From NCBI RefSeq assembly GCF_006345805.1, contig NC_043019.1, positions 27,527,360 to 27,591,359 on the forward strand: 64,000 nucleotides of DNA. Direction: 5' to 3'. Both the position numbers and the translations under genes were made by a program. The notes beneath the pieces were generated by a model. It worked only from the letters and a program-made list of their open reading frames with translations, ran no database searches and was not told the DNA's origin. Positions 1 to 13,314 of the stretch are shown here, piece after piece. How positions within the stretch are numbered: the first letter of the stretch is position 1; each line of letters begins with the position of its first letter. The stretch comes from Octopus sinensis. Its lineage: Eukaryota.

Positions 1-57
1 GTCTGTCTACCATGTGACTCACTTCTAGAAAACTGTTTGCCCATCCCTGTTTTAGGT

Positions 58-500
58 TTACTTATTTCTTTATTGCCCACAAGGCGCTAAACATAGAGGG
101 GACAGACAAAGGGATTAAGTCGATTACATCGACCCCAGTGCGTAACTGGTACTTAATTTATTGACCCCGAAAGGATGAAAGGCAAAGTCGACCTTGGTGG
201 AATTTGAACTCAGAACATAATGGCAGACGAAATACCTATTTCTTTACTACCCACATGGGGCCAAACACAGAGGGGACAAACAAGGACAGACAAACGGATT
301 AAGTCGATTCCATCGATCCCAGTGCGTAACTGGTACTTAATTTATCGACCCCCAGTGCGTAACTGGTACTTAATTTATCGACCCCGAAAGGATGAAAGGC
401 AAAGTCGAATTTGGCGGAATTTGAACTCAGAACATAACGGCAGACGAAATACGGCTACGCATTTCGCCCTGCATGCTAACGTTCCTGCCAGCTCGCCACC
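58..500 (-). mobile_element. SINE family B copies (tRNA-like head), nested and partly duplicated
   Basis: Reverse complement of ggtgagctggcag..gagttcaaattc..gtcgactttgcctttcatcctttcggggtcgataaattaagtaccag; the same sequence recurs at 2228-2625, 12338-12750 and 48722-48928. Confidence 0.8.
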
Positions 501-851
501 TTTTATATAAACGGGCGAAATACCACTAAACATTTCGCCCAGAGTGCTAACTAACGTTTCTACCAGCTCGCCGCTTACGGTTTTAGGTTTACCTGAATGA
601 GGAAACACTTCATCTTCATTTGATCATCTCTTCTACACCGGTGACATTTGATCTATATTTTGGTGGTGAGGGTACAAACTGTTGTTCTTTCATGTGTTTA
701 CATAATGTACACTTGCTAAGTGCCACTCCTCCCCCCACACACAACATACTGTTTTTGTTTATTTTTTGAGTAGAAAAATATAAAAGTACTCAATGTTAGA
801 AGTCTGATACATGTTTGTCATTTCTTATCAATTTACTGAAGACTATTGTGT

Positions 852-987
852 GGCTGTGTTATGAGAAGCTTGCCTCTCAACCACATGGTTCCGGGTTCAG
901 TCCCACTGCATGACACCTTGGGCAAGTGTCTTCTACTGTAGCCTTGGGCCAACCAAAGCCTTGTGAGTGGATTTCGCTGATGGAAGC
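852..987 (+). mobile_element. SINE family A, 5' head fragment
   Basis: ggctgtg..ccacatggttccgggttcagtcccactg..gggcaagtgtcttc, a tRNA-like head shared with 15122 and 40341. Confidence 0.75.
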
Positions 988-1032
988 ACTCTTGTCCTCT
1001 TTCTTATATATTAAAATTGTGTTGTTTTTATA

Positions 1033-1404
1033 TCTCTCTATATATAAACGGCAGTTTGTCTGTGCGTGTTTCTGTGTGTCTGTTTTCTCGTACCCTCACC
1101 CTGACCACGGCTTTCAACCGATTCTGATGAAACTTGACACACACATAGCCCAATGTCATAATTCAAAACTAACACAGCGAAAACTTTGAAAAGTTCCCCC
1201 AGTTCTGAAAAAAATCGATAAATTCGACATGGCGTCGAGAATCAGAAACACAAACCACAGACTGTCTAGGGGACGCAACTTGACCTTTTTAACTAAAAAA
1301 AAAATTTACCATAATTTTTTTTCCATTTTTTGGCTATGACTCTCTAAAAATGCTTTATAGTTATTTCCCTTACAAACCCGAGCAACGCCGGGCAATACTG
1401 CTAG
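1033..1404 (+). mobile_element. Non-autonomous Helitron
   Basis: 5' TC after A, 3' CTAG before T, and GC hairpin cccgagcaacgccggg (1377-1392) just upstream of the 3' end. Confidence 0.75.
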
Positions 1405-1467
1405 TCTTAATTAAAAGTACAATTAATTTCTTGTCTCTCTTTTCTTTGTTTCATTTCATTTGTTAAG

Positions 1468-1505
1468 GAAGTTGAAATAAAACATGCTGATTTGTTACCA
1501 GTCGG
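1468..1505 (+). CDS. TDRD7: Tudor gene exon (EVEIKHADLLPVG)
   Basis: ttgttaag acceptor, gtaagt donor; the phase-2 end joins the phase-2 start at 2837 to give LPVGSVLNVYVS, a typical start of an extended Tudor domain. Confidence 0.6.
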
Positions 1506-4500
1506 GTAAGTTTACATTTCATCCTCCTCCTCTTTATTCTGCCTTCTGCTCTTTCCTCAGCCTCCCCCTCTACCTCTTTCCTCTTCCTCCTCCTCTATCA
1601 CCGAATTCTCATCATTGTAGTACCACAGCTACTACCACACCACCACTGCTATTTCACCATGACTCCACCGCCACTATCCCCTCCACCTACAATTACTGAC
1701 AACGTGAGACCTCGTTACTTGATTAATTTGACTTCCTAATTATAATGGCCAATCATCATCATCATTATTTGATGTCTGTTTTTCCATTCTGGCATGGGTT
1801 GCACAGTTTGACAGTAGCTGCCCACGCCTCATGTCTGCTTTGGCATGGGTTTTTATGGCTGGATGCCCTTCCTAACACCAACCACTTTACAGAGGGTACT
1901 GGGTGCTTTTATGGAACACTGGAATGGGTGCATTTATGTAGCACCAGTACAGGTGCTTTCTATGTGGGCCCCAGCACCCAGATCTCCTTCAAACCACCCC
2001 CCACCATGTACATAAAAAAAAAAGACACATTGGTCAATTTGTATAACAGGGACCACGACAGCATGACCTTAGCTGGACTGTCTTCTAGTCATTTATCCAT
2101 ACAATAAGGGGCTGATATGGGCTGAACAACAACTGAACCAATGGGGGAAGAGCTTGTGTGCTGCTGAAACAGTAGCCTAATCTCCCTCCAATTTTTTGTT
2201 GTATAAAATTGATAACCATCTGAGATAATCTTTTCTACTCTAGGCACAAGGCCTGAAATTTTTGAGTGGGGTCAGTCAATTAGCTCAACTCCAGTATGCA
2301 ACCGGTACTTAATTTTTGACCCCCAAAAGGATGAAAGGCAAAGTCAACTTCAGTGGAATTTGAACTCAGAACGTGAAGACAGACGAAATACCCGTTTCTT
2401 TATTACCCACAAGGAGCTAAACATAGAGGGGACAAACAAGGACAGACAAACAGATTAAGTCGATTATATCGACCCCAGTGCATAACTGGTACTTAATTTT
2501 TCGACCCCGAAAGGATGAAAGGCAAAGTCGACCTCAGCGGAATTTGAACTCCGAACGTGAAGACAGACGAAATACCGCTAAGCATTTTGCCTGGTGTGCT
2601 AACATTTCTGCCAGCTCGCTGCCTTGGTAACCACCTGAGATAATGTTGATGGTTGTCTGCTGGTCATAGCTGAACTGGTTCAGGGCTACCTGACGATGAT
2701 GATGGTGGTACTGGGGGTGGTGGTTGGGGGGAGGGTTCAATGATATAAAACAGATGACATTGCCCCCATTACTAGTGCCCAGCAGGGTACTATACTCCAG
2801 CAATGACACCCTGGTTACTTTCTTTTTTTATTGCAGATCTGTACTCAATGTCTATGTCAGCTTTATCTACTCAGCTGCCCAATTCTATGTCCACTATGAG
2901 ACCAGTTGTATTCAGGAGATTGATGCTGAACTGAACCTTCACTGTCAGGTAAGTCTGTGTGTATGAGATTTTATGGTATGCTACATGTGCTACTCTGATG
3001 TCTTTTTTATCTTTTCCTTGTTTCAGTCATTGGACTGCGGCCATGCTGGGACACCGCCTTGTAGAACTTTTAGTTGAATGAATTGGTCCTAGTACTTATT
3101 TATTGTTGTTTCAAACTTGGTACTTGCTCTGTTGGGTCTCTTTTGCTGAACCATTAAGTCATGCGGACATAAGCACACCAGCACAGGTTAACTGATGATG
3201 GGCGGGGGGGGGGGGACAAACAAACACACACATTTCTTTCAGATTTGTCTACCGAATCCACTCACAAGGTCTTGGTTGGCCCAAGGTTGTTGTAGAAGGT
3301 GCTCGTCAAAGGTGCCATGCAGTGGGACTGAACCTGAAACCATGTGGTTGGGAAGCAAGCTTCTTACCACACAGCCATGGTGCTGTGTAATGTGTTCTGA
3401 TACAAGTATTATGGTATGGTACATATATACATATATACGATGGGCTTCTTTCAGTTTCCGTCTATCAAATCCATTCACAAGGCCTTTGGTCGGCTTGAGG
3501 CTATAGTAGAAGACACTTGCCCGAGGTGCTACGCACTGGGACTGAACCCGGAACCCTGTGCCTATTTTTTTTCTTTGTGCATTTGTGCATCATAATTGTG
3601 GTCATTACTGGTGCCATGTGAATCGTAGTTGTGGTTGTTGCCAGTGACATGTAAAAGCACCCATTACACTCCTGGAGTGGTTGGCTTTAGGAAGGGCATC
3701 CAGCTGTAGAGACCATGCCAAATCAGACTGGAACCTGGTGCAACTCTCCATGTCATCAGTTCCAGGCAAACCATCTAACCCATACCAGCATTGAGAGTGG
3801 ACGTTAAATGAAGATGATGATATGGATATGCTTTATCATTGCCCACATGAGGTATTTGTCTTTCGGTGAATTTTCCTATACGGCGAAATTTTTGGACAAA
3901 GTTGCTAGTATATAGGTGAGTGGTAGGTAAAGTGGAATCTTTATGTGCACAGATTCCAACTTTCAGTGTGAAGGTCAAGTTTGGAGTGCTGTCTAGACAG
4001 GAGACCTGGACTATAAATGAGGAATGAGAAAGAAAGAGAGAGAGAGAGAAAGATAAATATGTTTCTGAGAGGAACAAGGTTGTTTGGTGTATATGTTTAT
4101 AGGCAATGAGGTATAGGATGGATTGGAGGCCACGAATATTAGAGGACAAAGAAGAATTAACCAGCAGGGTTAGTGTTATTTTAGCGTTTAGGGATCTATA
4201 TGGCACTAGACATTTTATCTGATCAGTCAACAAACTTACGCCACAATACTGGGTTCTGTTTTAATCAATTCTGGTAACCTACCAGTCAATGTGTTTTTAA
4301 AATATGTTTGACTTTGTTTATTTCCAGAAACGTCATGTGGATATAAAAGCTCTGCAGATTGGTGGATTTTGTGTTGCGCAGTACTCCGACAATGATGCCT
4401 GGTACAGAGCATCTATTTTAGACATTGATGACGAAAAGGTTTTTATTTTCATCTTAACATCTCCCCCAACCCCCATGTAGTTCTCTTTGTCATCGTCGTT

Positions 4501-7500
4501 GTTTTTTTTACCTTCCATCTACATGTTTTCCGTCAGACAAGTCAAATTTTTCAGATCAAAAATTTTCAGCCAAAAAGTGGCAGGTGAACTTATACAGCAA
4601 GACTACTTTCGAGGACCAAAAATTCCATGTCAAATGCACAAGGATTGGAAAAAAAAATAGTAATGATGTTTGTAGGTTTACACTTCAGGTCCACTATGAT
4701 AGCACATAACAAAAATTTTAATTAGCTTTTAATTCTCTTGATATTTACTTTGCATCCATGTTGATGTGTGATTTTAATTGTTGATAAAAGCAAATATCAA
4801 AAATCTATTTGATTATAATTATTATTTCAAATGAAAAGTTGTCCTTTTTTTTTGATTTTGACTTTTCATCCTGCTGTGATATCTCCTGTCTCAACCCCCC
4901 CTCACCCCCGTTCCCTATACAAGTGCCGATGATCCGATCCATCCCAATATCTTGATGTCCTGAAGTCTGAATAAAATCCTGAAAATACCTGCAAAGAAAA
5001 AGACACCTTTGGTAGAATAGTTATTTGTGACACAGGGGATTGACTTCTGATTATAAACTTTGATTTTTTTTTCTCTTTTCTGATTGAAAAATCTACCTCA
5101 ACTTACATGCTACGTTGACTTGTATGCCAGAAGATATGGTATCTTCTATCATTTACAATCATAATTTTTCATGCCACAGGATAGAGAAACCTGTCATTCT
5201 CTCTTTGATTACCTGATTATTTCTCTTTACTGCTTTCTCCTTCTATGTTTTTCTTATTTCTCAGCTCTGTTTTTTTCTAGTCTACCAGTCTGTCTATTTA
5301 GTTTATCCCTCTCTCCCTGCCTATCAGTGTATTTAGTCTCCCTCCCTGTATTTCTCTCTCTCTCTCTCTCAGTCCATTTATTTTCCTGTCTCTCTACCAC
5401 TCTGCCTTTCTCACATCTCCCTACCTGTTTGTCTGTCTGTCAATTTAGCCTGCCTCTTTCTCTATCAGTCTGTCTGTTTGTCGCCTGTCTCTAAACCATC
5501 CGGTTTCATGATTGCTTTACAGGGAGAAGTAGAAGTATACTATGTGGATTATGGTAACACAGAGAGGGTTTCTATTGACCGAATCACCAAACTGCCCACC
5601 TCTGTTGCCCACTATCCTGCTCAGGCTATTCTCTGTGCATTGTTTCAACTCATACCACCACAGGTAGGACTTTCAGTTTCATATTGTTGTTGTTTTGGTT
5701 GGGGGTTTGGCTTTATTGAACTCTAACCTTTTGCCACTCTTTGAACCGATTCTTCTCAGTCAGTCAGTCACTGTCTGTCTGTCTCATACACACACACACA
5801 CACACATACATATTCTCTGTTGCATCTTTTCTCTCTGTCACCCTTACATTGAAACAGGTGTGGGTTGGCAGCAGGAAGGGCATCTGGTTGTAGAAAATCC
5901 TGCTCCACCAAAATACCATCTGACCCATGCAAACAAGGTACACTGTCACTCCATCGATTATGATGACAATGGTTGCAGTGGATCCACTCAACAGAACAGT
6001 CAGCTTGTTAAGTTCACATGCAAGTGGCTGAGCACTCCATAAGACACACGTACCCATAACCCCATGACAACAGTTTTTTCATCAGGCAACTAGGTTGCAC
6101 TGATGGTAATCATCTTAGCTGAGATCAGCAAATTAGTGCTCGACAATGGTTCAGCGTATATTTATGCCAATCGCTTTAAAGCATGCACTGTTTATTTACG
6201 TAAACTGTCATCACTGCGAGGACCATAAATTCAATGAAACTGGCATGGCTGGATGTGACTGTAAATTCCATGAAGGACCAGAAGTATTTGCTGAACATGT
6301 ACGAATTTGATAGGAAGTCGTAGTGGAAATGATAGTGTAACCGCCTAATCTGCTGCTTTTATACTATTAGGTTGTCCCAAAAGTTCGTAAACACTTGCGA
6401 AAAGTGAATTTTTACTCGCCAAGTACTAACAAAAACAACAAAAATTATTCCTCAAAATAAAGACTATTATTTTCCAAGACTTTCTACAAACTTTTGGGAC
6501 AACCTTATATTACGGTGATGAAGTCACAAACTGAGTTGGAAATATTTACATGAAGAGTCTAACAAACCTGTCAGATTCCTTGAAATTTGCACGGTGGCCT
6601 CTATTATTAATTCCATGAGTGATAGCGGTTATTTATATCAACTGTTAGACAAACGGGTACAAAATCACAGCAGATAGGGCTGCGTATATTTTCGTCATCT
6701 GATTCAAAGCGAGTACACAGCGCACGTAAATTCATGTCAACCGTTGTTATGGGGTTAATGTAGTTCTCAGGGGAGATTCAACATATTCTGATGCAACAAG
6801 GCTGGGCCTTTGAAATACAGGTACTGCTCATTTTTGCCAGCTGAGTGGACTGGAGCAATGTGTAATAAAGTGTCTTGCTCAAGGACACAATGTACTTTCA
6901 GGTATTGAACTCATGACCATACAACCATGTTTAACAATACGCATGGTAAATCATCATCATTATCATCATTTAATGTCCACCTTCCATGCTGGCATAGGTT
7001 GGACAGTGTGACAGGGGCCAGCCAGGTAGAAGACTACACCAGCTTACTGTATCTGTTTTGGCATGGTTTTTACAGCAGGATGCCCTTCCTATAATAATAA
7101 TAATGAAATTATTGTATACAGTGCTCAGGTGCTCCACAACTTGTCAGAAAGTGTGTATAAAGTATATGCAGTAATGTACAAATGTCTGGAAAGCGAACAA
7201 TGTATGAGTCAGATACATAGTTGCGTGTATATGGAGGGGTGAAAATCAAGTGTAGTGTTGGCGAATCTCAGGAAGCATGGAAGTTTTGAAGGATGCAGTG
7301 CTCTGACAACTAACAACTGATGCCAGCAGTTTGTTCCATGCTTCAGCAACTCTCAGCGTGAAAAAATGTTTCCTAAAGTCATGGGAGCTGTGCTGTTCTT
7401 AACACCAGTTACCCTGTAGAGTGGACTGAGTACATTTTACATGGCACCAGCACAGGTGAGGTCAGTTTTGGCATGATTTTACAGATGGATGCCATCTGTA

Positions 7501-10500
7501 GGATAGGCATGAAAATCATCATCCTCATTTAACATCTGCTTTCCATGCTGGCATGGGTTAGACAGTTTGACTGAATCTGGTAAGCTGGAGAGCTGCACCA
7601 GGTTCCACTCTGATTTGTCATGGTTTCTACAGCTGGATGCCCTTTCTAATGCCAACCACTCCAAAAGTGTAACGGGTACCTTTTTACATGCCAGTTATGT
7701 AATATCAGCATTGGCCACAACTACGATTTCACTTGGCTTGGTGAGTCTTCTCAGGAACAGCATATCACCAAAGGTCTCGGTCATTTATCACCTCTGTGAG
7801 GTCCAACGTTTGGAGGGTGCTTTTTATGTGCCACTGGCACGGGTGCCTGTTATGCGACACCAGCATCAGCCATGACTGCAGTTTCACTTGGTCTGATGGG
7901 TCTTTTCAAACACGGGCCATATCGCCAGAGGTCTTGGTCACTTGTCATTGCCTCTGTGAGGCTCATTGAAAATAACAAGTTTGGCGCTTTTGATGATTTA
8001 CCAACCTCTCAAAAGAGGAAAAAAAAAACAAAAAAAAAAAGCTAATGCTTGTTAAATGACTGTGATGATTCTATAATTAATCGATTATTTTCTCTCTCTC
8101 ATCAGGAGGAAACAGACTTTGAAGCTTCAAAGCAGGAATTTGGAGCTCTTGCTCAGGATCAACTTCAAGCTAAAACAGTGTTAATTGGTAAATTCTGTGG
8201 TTGTTTAACATTTTTGTGTTTAGTTCAGTTAAATTTGTTATTTAATGTAAAATTACATTAATTTTGTGGCTCGATATCATTTCCACCCTTCACTGCTAAC
8301 GACACTCATATCTTTACGAAAATAATCATCATTATCATTTAGCGTCCGTTTTCCATGCTAGCAATTCTGTATCTAAAAACATCAATGTTTGTTTGTATGT
8401 CTTGAAACAGTGTTCTCATTTCTTAGTCTTTATCAAATTTCATAGGAAGGCCCAGATGCAATTTTGAATAACGCACAAAATCTTGGGTCTGAAGTCCCTT
8501 TAGGGATAGAATATGGATGAGTGAAGAAAAGTGATGTAGCAAAATTGAAAGTTATATTGGAGTTGTAGTCGAGTAGAAGTGTTAGTGTAAAGAACAAAAA
8601 CATTGTCAACTTGTCACATCACTGGGTTTTTTTCTTTTTCCTTCAGTCTCCCCTTATCTTACACACACACACACACACACACTTTCTCACAGTGCATACA
8701 TACATGCTGAGACTCCCCTCGGTCATGACTGACTGTGGGATTGCGCCTAGAAAGTTACCCTCCCAGGCACAAGTCCGGGCAAGGTTGTTTATGGAAGACC
8801 AGCAGTCGCCCATGCATACCGGCCTCCTCTCTCCACACCACCAGTGTTATCCAAGGGAAAGGCAACGGCCGATACAGCTTGGTACCAGTGACGTCGCAAC
8901 TCATTTCTACAGCTGAGTGAACTGAAGCAACATGAAATAAAGTGTCTTGCTCAAGAACACAACACGCAGCCTGGTCCGGGATTCGAACTCAACCTCACGA
9001 TCGTAAGCTCGATGCTCTAACCACTGAGCCATGCACCTTCACATACATTCCACAATCATTATTAAAATTACACACTGCCTATGGAATGTTAAAAGCACCA
9101 GGCACCCGTGCCAGTGGAACATTAAATGCACCATTTAAGTGTGATTGTAGCCAGGGCCACTGACTGGCTCCTGTGCCAGTGGCATGTAAAAAAAAAGCGC
9201 AATTCCAACATGGTCGTTGCCAGTGCCGTTGGACTGGCTCCTGTGCATCCAGCTGTAGAAACTTTGCCAGATCAGATTGGAGACTGGTGCAGCTTTCTGG
9301 CTTACCAGCCCTCAGTCAAACCGTCCAACCCATGCCAGCGTGGAAAGCGGATGTTAAACGATGATGATGATGAATTCAAATTGCTGAGGTCAACTGTGCT
9401 TTTCATCATTTCAGAGTCCATAGAATAAGTATCAGTTGAGCACTGGGGTCAGGTGTAATCTGGTCCCCTCTCCTAAAATTTCAGCCCTTCTTGTGGTAGA
9501 AATAATTATTAAAATTATTTATAGGCCTTATCTTTGAACAAAAATTAACACTTACTTTCAAATACTATTGAAGATATAAAAATGCTTTTTCTTTTTTCAT
9601 ATATTAATTGATTGATCTGTCTTTCTACCTTTTCAGTGTCTCCCTTTCTCTCAGACACTGTCAATACAACCTTGATGTCTATTCCAGATACTTCCCTGTC
9701 TTGTTTTTTAACTTTTTACTTTTCATGTTTTGTTTTTCTGTTTTCTTCTTTTTCTCTCCCCCAACTCTTTAGATAACAAAGTTTGTCATGTAATTCTAAT
9801 CAACCCCGAATCACCTTCAAAACTATCCATCAACGATATTTTAGTGAACAGTAAATTGGCCTACCTCTGTCAGACTCCTGAAGCTGACCCAGAGGAGAAT
9901 GAACCAGGTAAATATTTCATGATTTCTGACCTCTCTCCACCCTACATGCTTTTTTATTCCTTACCTCCTCTACTTAAAAAAAGAAAAAAAAATTCTTCTC
10001 ATTTTGCTGTTATTTTTTTGTTTGTTTATTATATTGTCATGATAGAAAAAAATATTGTATTTTTTGGCAAATGAGTTAAATTTTGTAGATTGAAATCTAC
10101 AACCAAAAGATGTTGCTTTGGTGGATCGAAAGTTTCAGGTGAAATGTGGCAGAACTTGGAAAGATTGTGAAGAAGATTTGTCTGTCATCCATCTCCATGT
10201 GGTGAACACAATGTTTTCCTTGGTGGTGGCAGTTGCAGAATGTCCAGACCTTGAGCCATCTTTAAGACTCTCCCTGTTACTCTTAAATTCAGCTGCCCAC
10301 TTTGCAGTGTTGATAAAGCTGGAGCATCATCCTCTAATTGGTGAATGCAATGTGGTGAATGCAATCAATGTTTTCCTAAATGGTGACAGCTGTATGATGT
10401 CCAGACCTTGGGGTCATCTTCAAGACTCTCCCTTTCTCTCTTAAATTCAGCTGCTTACTTTTGCAGTGTTGATAAAGCTGGAGTGCCATCCTCAGTGGCG

Positions 10501-13281
10501 GCAGTTGTAGGATATCGAGACCTTGAGTCCTCTTCAAGACTCTCTTTTCCTCTCTTAAATTCAGCTGCTTGCTTTTGCAGTGTTGATAAAGCTGGAGCAT
10601 CATTCTCTAATGTAGCAACCATGTCCACACAAATGAACTTAGGATCTGAACCCTTTTCCAGCAAGTATTTGATAATACCAAGATGCCATATTTTGTGCAT
10701 TTTCAAGAGAAGTTACTACTAGTTACTTTTGAAGTCTTCTTTGGACACTGAGATGTCAGTTTACCTGGAAAGAAACAATGCAGTTATTAATAAGAAAAGT
10801 GGAATTAATGCTTGCAAGATTTCACAGTTCTAGCATCACACCTTCATAGTCAGCCTCTGAACTTTTCAGCTGACATTCGTACTTTGTCGACCTGTATGCT
10901 GGAAAATCTGGTAGTTGACAGTATGTAGTCTGAGAGTGGTGATTGGCATTTGAAGAAGCTAAGAGTGCCATCTTTGCTTCCTCATTTTATGACGTCAGTC
11001 TATGAAGTTGTTACACAGTATAGGGTCTGTGAGGATGAACACCTGTGAAGGGGTAATATTTTGAAAATATCAGTTCAGCCCTTAGCGTTTAGATTACTTT
11101 ATCAAATGCAATGCTTATTTATTCACATTGTTTTGAATTAATCACGCATTATTTTGTAGCTTCGAGATTTCAATGATGTCATTATTTTTAGAATGACATT
11201 GTAGGGTAGGTGTGAGAGGCTGGATCTGGTTAGTATGAATGTAAAACTGATAGAATATTTGGGCCTAAATATGATCAGTTTTACTATGCTTCATGCTATA
11301 GTCACATAACCGTTACATTTGCATAACTTGTGATAAATATATATCATTAATTAAATATATTCTGTTAGAATATTACACACTGAACTTATAATGCATGCTC
11401 TTTGTATAAAATATCAAAAATATTAATACTATAAAGTATTTAGACATTAATACGAACAATTATATATACTGTATTTTGAAATAATAGCATGAAATTCAAT
11501 ATCAAAAAGATTTCTCGCGAAGATATATATGTCTAGAATAGTATTGTATTAAAAATATACACAAAAATATATGAAACATGACAGATTAAGAATTTGTTAA
11601 TTAAAGCATCTTACGATTGTTTCATGAAAGTATTGTCATTATAATGGAATCCATTGTTGATACACATTAGTAGACAGTATTTCCGCTCGTTAGAGATGGA
11701 GAAGATAAAAATTTTTTTTATAATATATCAAATGTTGTTTTAAAATTGTAATAAACATATACCAAATTACACGTATTTGGGTTCAGATTTACTGTGTTAT
11801 ATTTTACCCCGTCACCCAAATTTGTGGAAACTCCATAAAAGTTATGATTGTAAGAGAAAACTGCTAAAGACTAAACTTTCTTCTTTCAGAGAAGAATCAT
11901 TGTCACAGAATCATCTACTTTGTCTTTAATTATTGTAATTTCTAATGAAATAATAATGAAATTATTGTTTGCAGTACTCTCAGCGTACTACAATACGTCA
12001 ACAAAAGTAGCTAAAAGTGCATGAACAGTACCTAGAATAATGTGCAGGAGGTGGACAGTGAATGCGTCACTTAAAAGCAAAATGAGGGAAGAGGTATCAG
12101 GTTCTCTGTTGGCGAATTTCATGAAGTCTGCAAGTTTTGAAGGATGTTGTAGTCTTGACACCTAACAACTGATGTCGGTAGTTTATTTCCACGCATCAGC
12201 ATTTCTGAGCATGAAAAAAATATTTCTGGACATCATACGGATCTTGCGTTTGAAGCTTATACTGTAACCGGTGTTGACTCAATGGCCATGGCAGCCAAAT
12301 GAAACCTGTTAGACAGCAGTAGTATACTACTAATCTAGCGGTGAGCTGGCAGAATCGTTAGCATGTCGGGCGAAATGCTTAGCGGTATTTCGTCTGTCGT
12401 TACGTTACGAGTTCGAATTCCGCCGAGGTCGACTTTGCCTTTCATCCTTTCGGGGTCGATAAATTAAGTACCAGTTACACCCTGGGGTCGATGTAATCGA
12501 CTTAATACCTATGTCTGTCCTTGTTTGTCCCCCTCTGTGTTTAGCCCCTTGTGGGTAATAAAGAAATAGGTATTTCGTCTGTCGTTACGTTACGAGTTCG
12601 AATTCCGCCGAGGTCGACTTTGCCTTTCATCCTTTCAGGGTTGATAAATTAAGTACTAGTTATGCACTGGGGTCGATGTAATCGATTTAATCCATTTATC
12701 CTTGTTTGTCCCCTCTGTGTTTAGCCCCTTGTGGGTAGTAAAGAAATATATACCACTAATCTGGAGAGCATTGCCAAATTCTTATTTTTATGTTGTTTAA
12801 ATTTTTTTTTTTTGTCATTCTAGTCAATTGATCGTTATAAACTTGTTCCATATTTTCTATATTGTTTACAAATGTTATATATATATGTACATTGTTTGTA
12901 CATCATCAATGAATTATTTTTATGAAGTTAATGTACAACTTCACAAACTTATTATTGATGTTCAGTACATTCATTACATCACACATACACACACACACTC
13001 TTTCTCTCACACACAAAGCCTCTACAAAAGCATACATTTGCATATAAGAACCTATTACAAACTCATACACTCACACACACATACATACATTCTGACACAT
13101 AAATAAACACTCATTATTGTATATATATGAACGAAACTACCTCTGTTTTTGTTTCCAGAAAATGGGGTCTGCTCCCCCACGTCTCCTCCTCCTTCTCCTT
13201 CTCCTCCCACTTTATGTGTGGATAGCGTACGTGATGAGAAATTTGCAGGTGGTGGTATGGATCAAACATTTAACATATACC

Positions 13282-13314
<33 letters not shown>

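Noticed and set aside
585-670. Candidate upstream phase-0 exon (VYLNEETLHL..)
   Set aside because: Available donors are phase 1, there is no recognisable motif, and it abuts SINE sequence.
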